IMG/VR virus record: IMGVR_UViG_3300034069_000356
Location: 1 to 44,405 of that record
Reading direction: 5' to 3' (one strand)
DNA: 44,405 bases
From: a virus
How positions within the stretch are numbered: the first letter of the stretch is position 1; the number at the start of each line of letters is the position of its first letter. The position numbers were made by a program, and so were the translations under genes. Positions 42,598 through 44,405 of the stretch are shown in pieces. The notes beneath the pieces were generated by a model, which did no database searches, had not been told where the DNA came from, and saw nothing but the letters and a program-made list of their open reading frames with translations.

Positions 42598-42639
42598 AAT
42601 CTACTAGTGGTGCATTTTGCCCGACTTGTCAAGCGTGAC

Positions 42640-42942
42640 CTAAGGCAAATCCACCGCCTTGATAAACCCCGCAATAGTGCAGAGCTTATGGATCGCATCC
42701 CATAAGGAGGCTATCTGATCCGGCCTGACCCTGCTGTTGAGCGCGTATGGCTGGCACAGGGCTATGATGCTAACGAATAGCTGGTCCTCTTGCCATTGGC
42801 ATGTCTCACGCTGCCTTTGAGCCCAATCCCTGGCCCATGCGATCTGGCATCGGTGCTGTAGCTCCTCGCCGCCGTCTGTGAGGCGAGGGATAGTGGCTTG
42901 TACTACGGAGATGTAGGACCGCCAGCCGGGTTGCTTAGCCAT
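42640..42942 (-). CDS. hypothetical protein (100 aa)
   Basis: ORF trimmed to ATG 42942 (TAATG overlap with the methyltransferase stop). Confidence 0.6.
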   Translation of the reverse strand: MAKQPGWRSYISVVQATIPRLTDGGEELQHRCQIAWARDWAQRQRETCQWQEDQLFVSIIALCQPYALNSRVRPDQIASLWDAIHKLCTIAGFIKAVDLP

Positions 42943-43484
42943 TATACCCAACCAAGGGTAGGAGGCCCGCTATGCCCGCGCTCAAATACATACCAAGCAT
43001 AAGGCACCATTCCTCCAGTGGTGGCTAGCTTTCCTTTTTGCATACCCAAACGAGAAGAGAATACCCAGACTCTAGCTAATGGGTACTGCTCAAATAGCTT
43101 TTTTCGCTCTTTCCCCTCTAGCCACGTCAGTCGGCAAAGTACGGCTACCTTGCGAGCGCCAAGGTCACAAGCCTTTCTAACAAATTCTTCAGCCAATTTG
43201 AAAGGCGGGTTTGTAACAATATCCTCTGCTAGCAGCCTATACTCCATGAGAAAGTCAATACGCGGCGTACCAAACCCTCTATCTACAAGATCGGTGCTTA
43301 CAACGTCGTAGCCAGCATCCTCTAGCACGGTGCTCATATGGCCTTCACCGCAAGCGGGCTCCCAAATCGTCGTAAATTTTTCCACGCTAAGCAGGGCTTC
43401 TGTCCCCAGCGGGGGCGTAGGATAGAAATGGTCCTTTTCGGCATCAGATCGAGAGGACATGGACATTTCAAATGCTGTCGTCAT
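42942..43484 (-). CDS. N6-adenine DNA methyltransferase (compact, NPPF type)
   Basis: ORF trimmed to ATG 43484 (ATGA overlap with the helicase stop). FYPTPP, motif I EPACGEG, motif IV TNPPF. AT-richer than the flanks. Confidence 0.8.
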   Translation of the reverse strand: MTTAFEMSMSSRSDAEKDHFYPTPPLGTEALLSVEKFTTIWEPACGEGHMSTVLEDAGYDVVSTDLVDRGFGTPRIDFLMEYRLLAEDIVTNPPFKLAEEFVRKACDLGARKVAVLCRLTWLEGKERKKLFEQYPLARVWVFSSRLGMQKGKLATTGGMVPYAWYVFERGHSGPPTLGWV

Positions 43485-44405
43485 CCTGCTTTCCTGTTCT
43501 GATATTTTGCCATTCCTCGGGCAAAGCGTATATTCTTCGCCTTCACCCAATTAGCCACCTCACCACCAACCTTGGCCGGGAGGACGTTCCGCATATCGTT
43601 AGGCCATGCTCCAAACTTGTCCTTGTAGGAGTGTGCTAGCCAGCCATCCGTCTTGTTGTGGGCGAGCTGATAACCTCGCAGCTGGGCATACCACTCCTGC
43701 CGCTCAAATAGCGTTGGCTCGGCTTTCTTCGGACCTGACTTGCCTCCGTCGATCCTCGCAAGCTGGCCGGCGCCCTCCGTCAGATCAGTTTCCCGCTTGG
43801 ACTCGTAGCCGCATACGCAGACCTTGGCTGTCTTGACGGCTTTGCACTTAGGGCACTTGCTCGCCATTTTAGCCGCCTCAGCCTCAGCCTTGATCTTGTC
43901 CCCCGGCTTAGCCATACACAGTTCCGCCCGATCAATGTCCACCGGCATCCCGAGGCGCAGGCAATTCCCAGCATGATCCAGCCAGAGCCCATGCTGCTCG
44001 CCTGTCGTGGTTCGGATCACGCGCCCACACTTCTGGACATGGCGCTTGTGCGATTTCGTCGGCTGACAATCAATCCCGCACGAGATTTTCCAGTCGGTGC
44101 CTTTGACCAGCGTGCCGACAGACCAGACCACCTTGAGAATGCCAGCCTCTAGCTTGGCCTGTAGGCCCCTGCGCTCTAGCACGTCCGTCTTAGCGTCGAT
44201 GTAACCCGCTGGTATGCCAGCCTTGTTAAACCGCTCCATCATGTGCTGAGCGTGAGCACAATCCACTGCGTAGCCTAGCGTCGGCCTGCCCTCTCCTAAT
44301 TCCTTCCACGTCTCCACCACATCAGCCACCAGCTTATTGTCTTGCATGACGATCGACAGGGCACCTTCGTCATACTCACCAGCGCGGATCTTGACGTTAG
44401 ACAGG
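43481..44405 (-). CDS. SF2 helicase, C-terminal part (same gene as 1..692; the 5' end lies beyond the right edge and in the duplicated 141 bp)
   Basis: The reading frame is open to the window end. Helicase C-terminal domain, then a Zn-ribbon CPKCKAVKTAKVCVCG. Codon phase matches 1..692 across the 141-bp overlap. Confidence 0.9.
   Translation of the reverse strand, partial: LSNVKIRAGEYDEGALSIVMQDNKLVADVVETWKELGEGRPTLGYAVDCAHAQHMMERFNKAGIPAGYIDAKTDVLERRGLQAKLEAGILKVVWSVGTLVKGTDWKISCGIDCQPTKSHKRHVQKCGRVIRTTTGEQHGLWLDHAGNCLRLGMPVDIDRAELCMAKPGDKIKAEAEAAKMASKCPKCKAVKTAKVCVCGYESKRETDLTEGAGQLARIDGGKSGPKKAEPTLFERQEWYAQLRGYQLAHNKTDGWLAHSYKDKFGAWPNDMRNVLPAKVGGEVANWVKAKNIRFARGMAKYQNRKAG
44265..44405. 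repeat. Terminal direct repeat copy 2
   Basis: Identical to bases 1-141. Confidence 0.95.

Noticed and set aside
42598-42639. Internal promoter for the XRE-type HTH gene
   Set aside because: A TTGACA box is present on the - strand (42627-42632). The hexamers 16-18 nt downstream (CACTAG, ACTAGT) are poor -10 elements, so I do not annotate it as a promoter.
1-44405. tRNA genes, CRISPR arrays, integrase/attP, toxin-antitoxin pairs, reverse transcriptase or retron
   Set aside because: I scanned intergenic regions and ORF translations by eye. I found no cloverleaf T-arm (GGTTCGAAT-like with a flanking stem), no regularly spaced repeats, no R..HxxR..Y recombinase and no RT motifs. tRNAscan-SE, minCED and HMM scans should confirm this.

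Overview
The window looks like a complete, circularly closed phage genome. Bases 1-141 recur exactly at 44265-44405, so the unique unit is 44264 bp. Joining the ends restores one 491-aa SF2 helicase gene. The DNA is GC-rich by eye and very tightly packed: most neighbouring genes overlap by ATGA, GTGA or TAATG.

The morphogenesis block is syntenic with phage P22/Sf6. In transcription order it carries Sf6-gp1-like small terminase, large terminase, P22-like portal, scaffold, P22-like coat, gp4-like and gp10-like tail accessory proteins, a needle/fibre, three ejection proteins (one with a lytic transglycosylase domain) and tailspikes with a P22 gp9-like head-binding domain. A holin-like protein and a GH24 lysozyme lie at the end of the late genes.

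Transcription is organised as two divergent units that start at a Cro-like switch (7625-7717).
- The leftward unit (7624 down to 1, wrapping to 44264 and running down to 13697) holds small regulators, an HNH island, a lambdoid recombination module (Erf, SSB, Ref-like, NinB, RusA), replication genes, an N6-adenine methyltransferase, and all packaging, virion and lysis genes.
- The rightward unit (7718-13684) holds 19 mostly unknown small genes, including a Lar restriction-alleviation protein, a C5-methyltransferase-like protein with a degenerate SAM motif, and an HNH-AP2 endonuclease.

I found no integrase, large CI-type repressor, partition genes, tRNA or CRISPR array.

The clearest anomaly is at 25016-25934. 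It is the only + strand insert inside the - strand late genes. It consists of about 0.55 kb of ORF-free, helix-rich sequence ending in a strong intrinsic terminator, which I treat as a candidate novel structured ncRNA. A small secreted Cys-paired, Gln-rich protein gene follows it.

Other points of interest:
- two putative polysaccharide-active enzymes sit between the coat and gp4 genes;
- a membrane-protein cluster lies between the tailspike and lysis genes;
- a repeat and TATAAT-bearing segment lies next to rusA.

All homology statements come from motif recognition by eye and recalled reference sequences. No searches were run.
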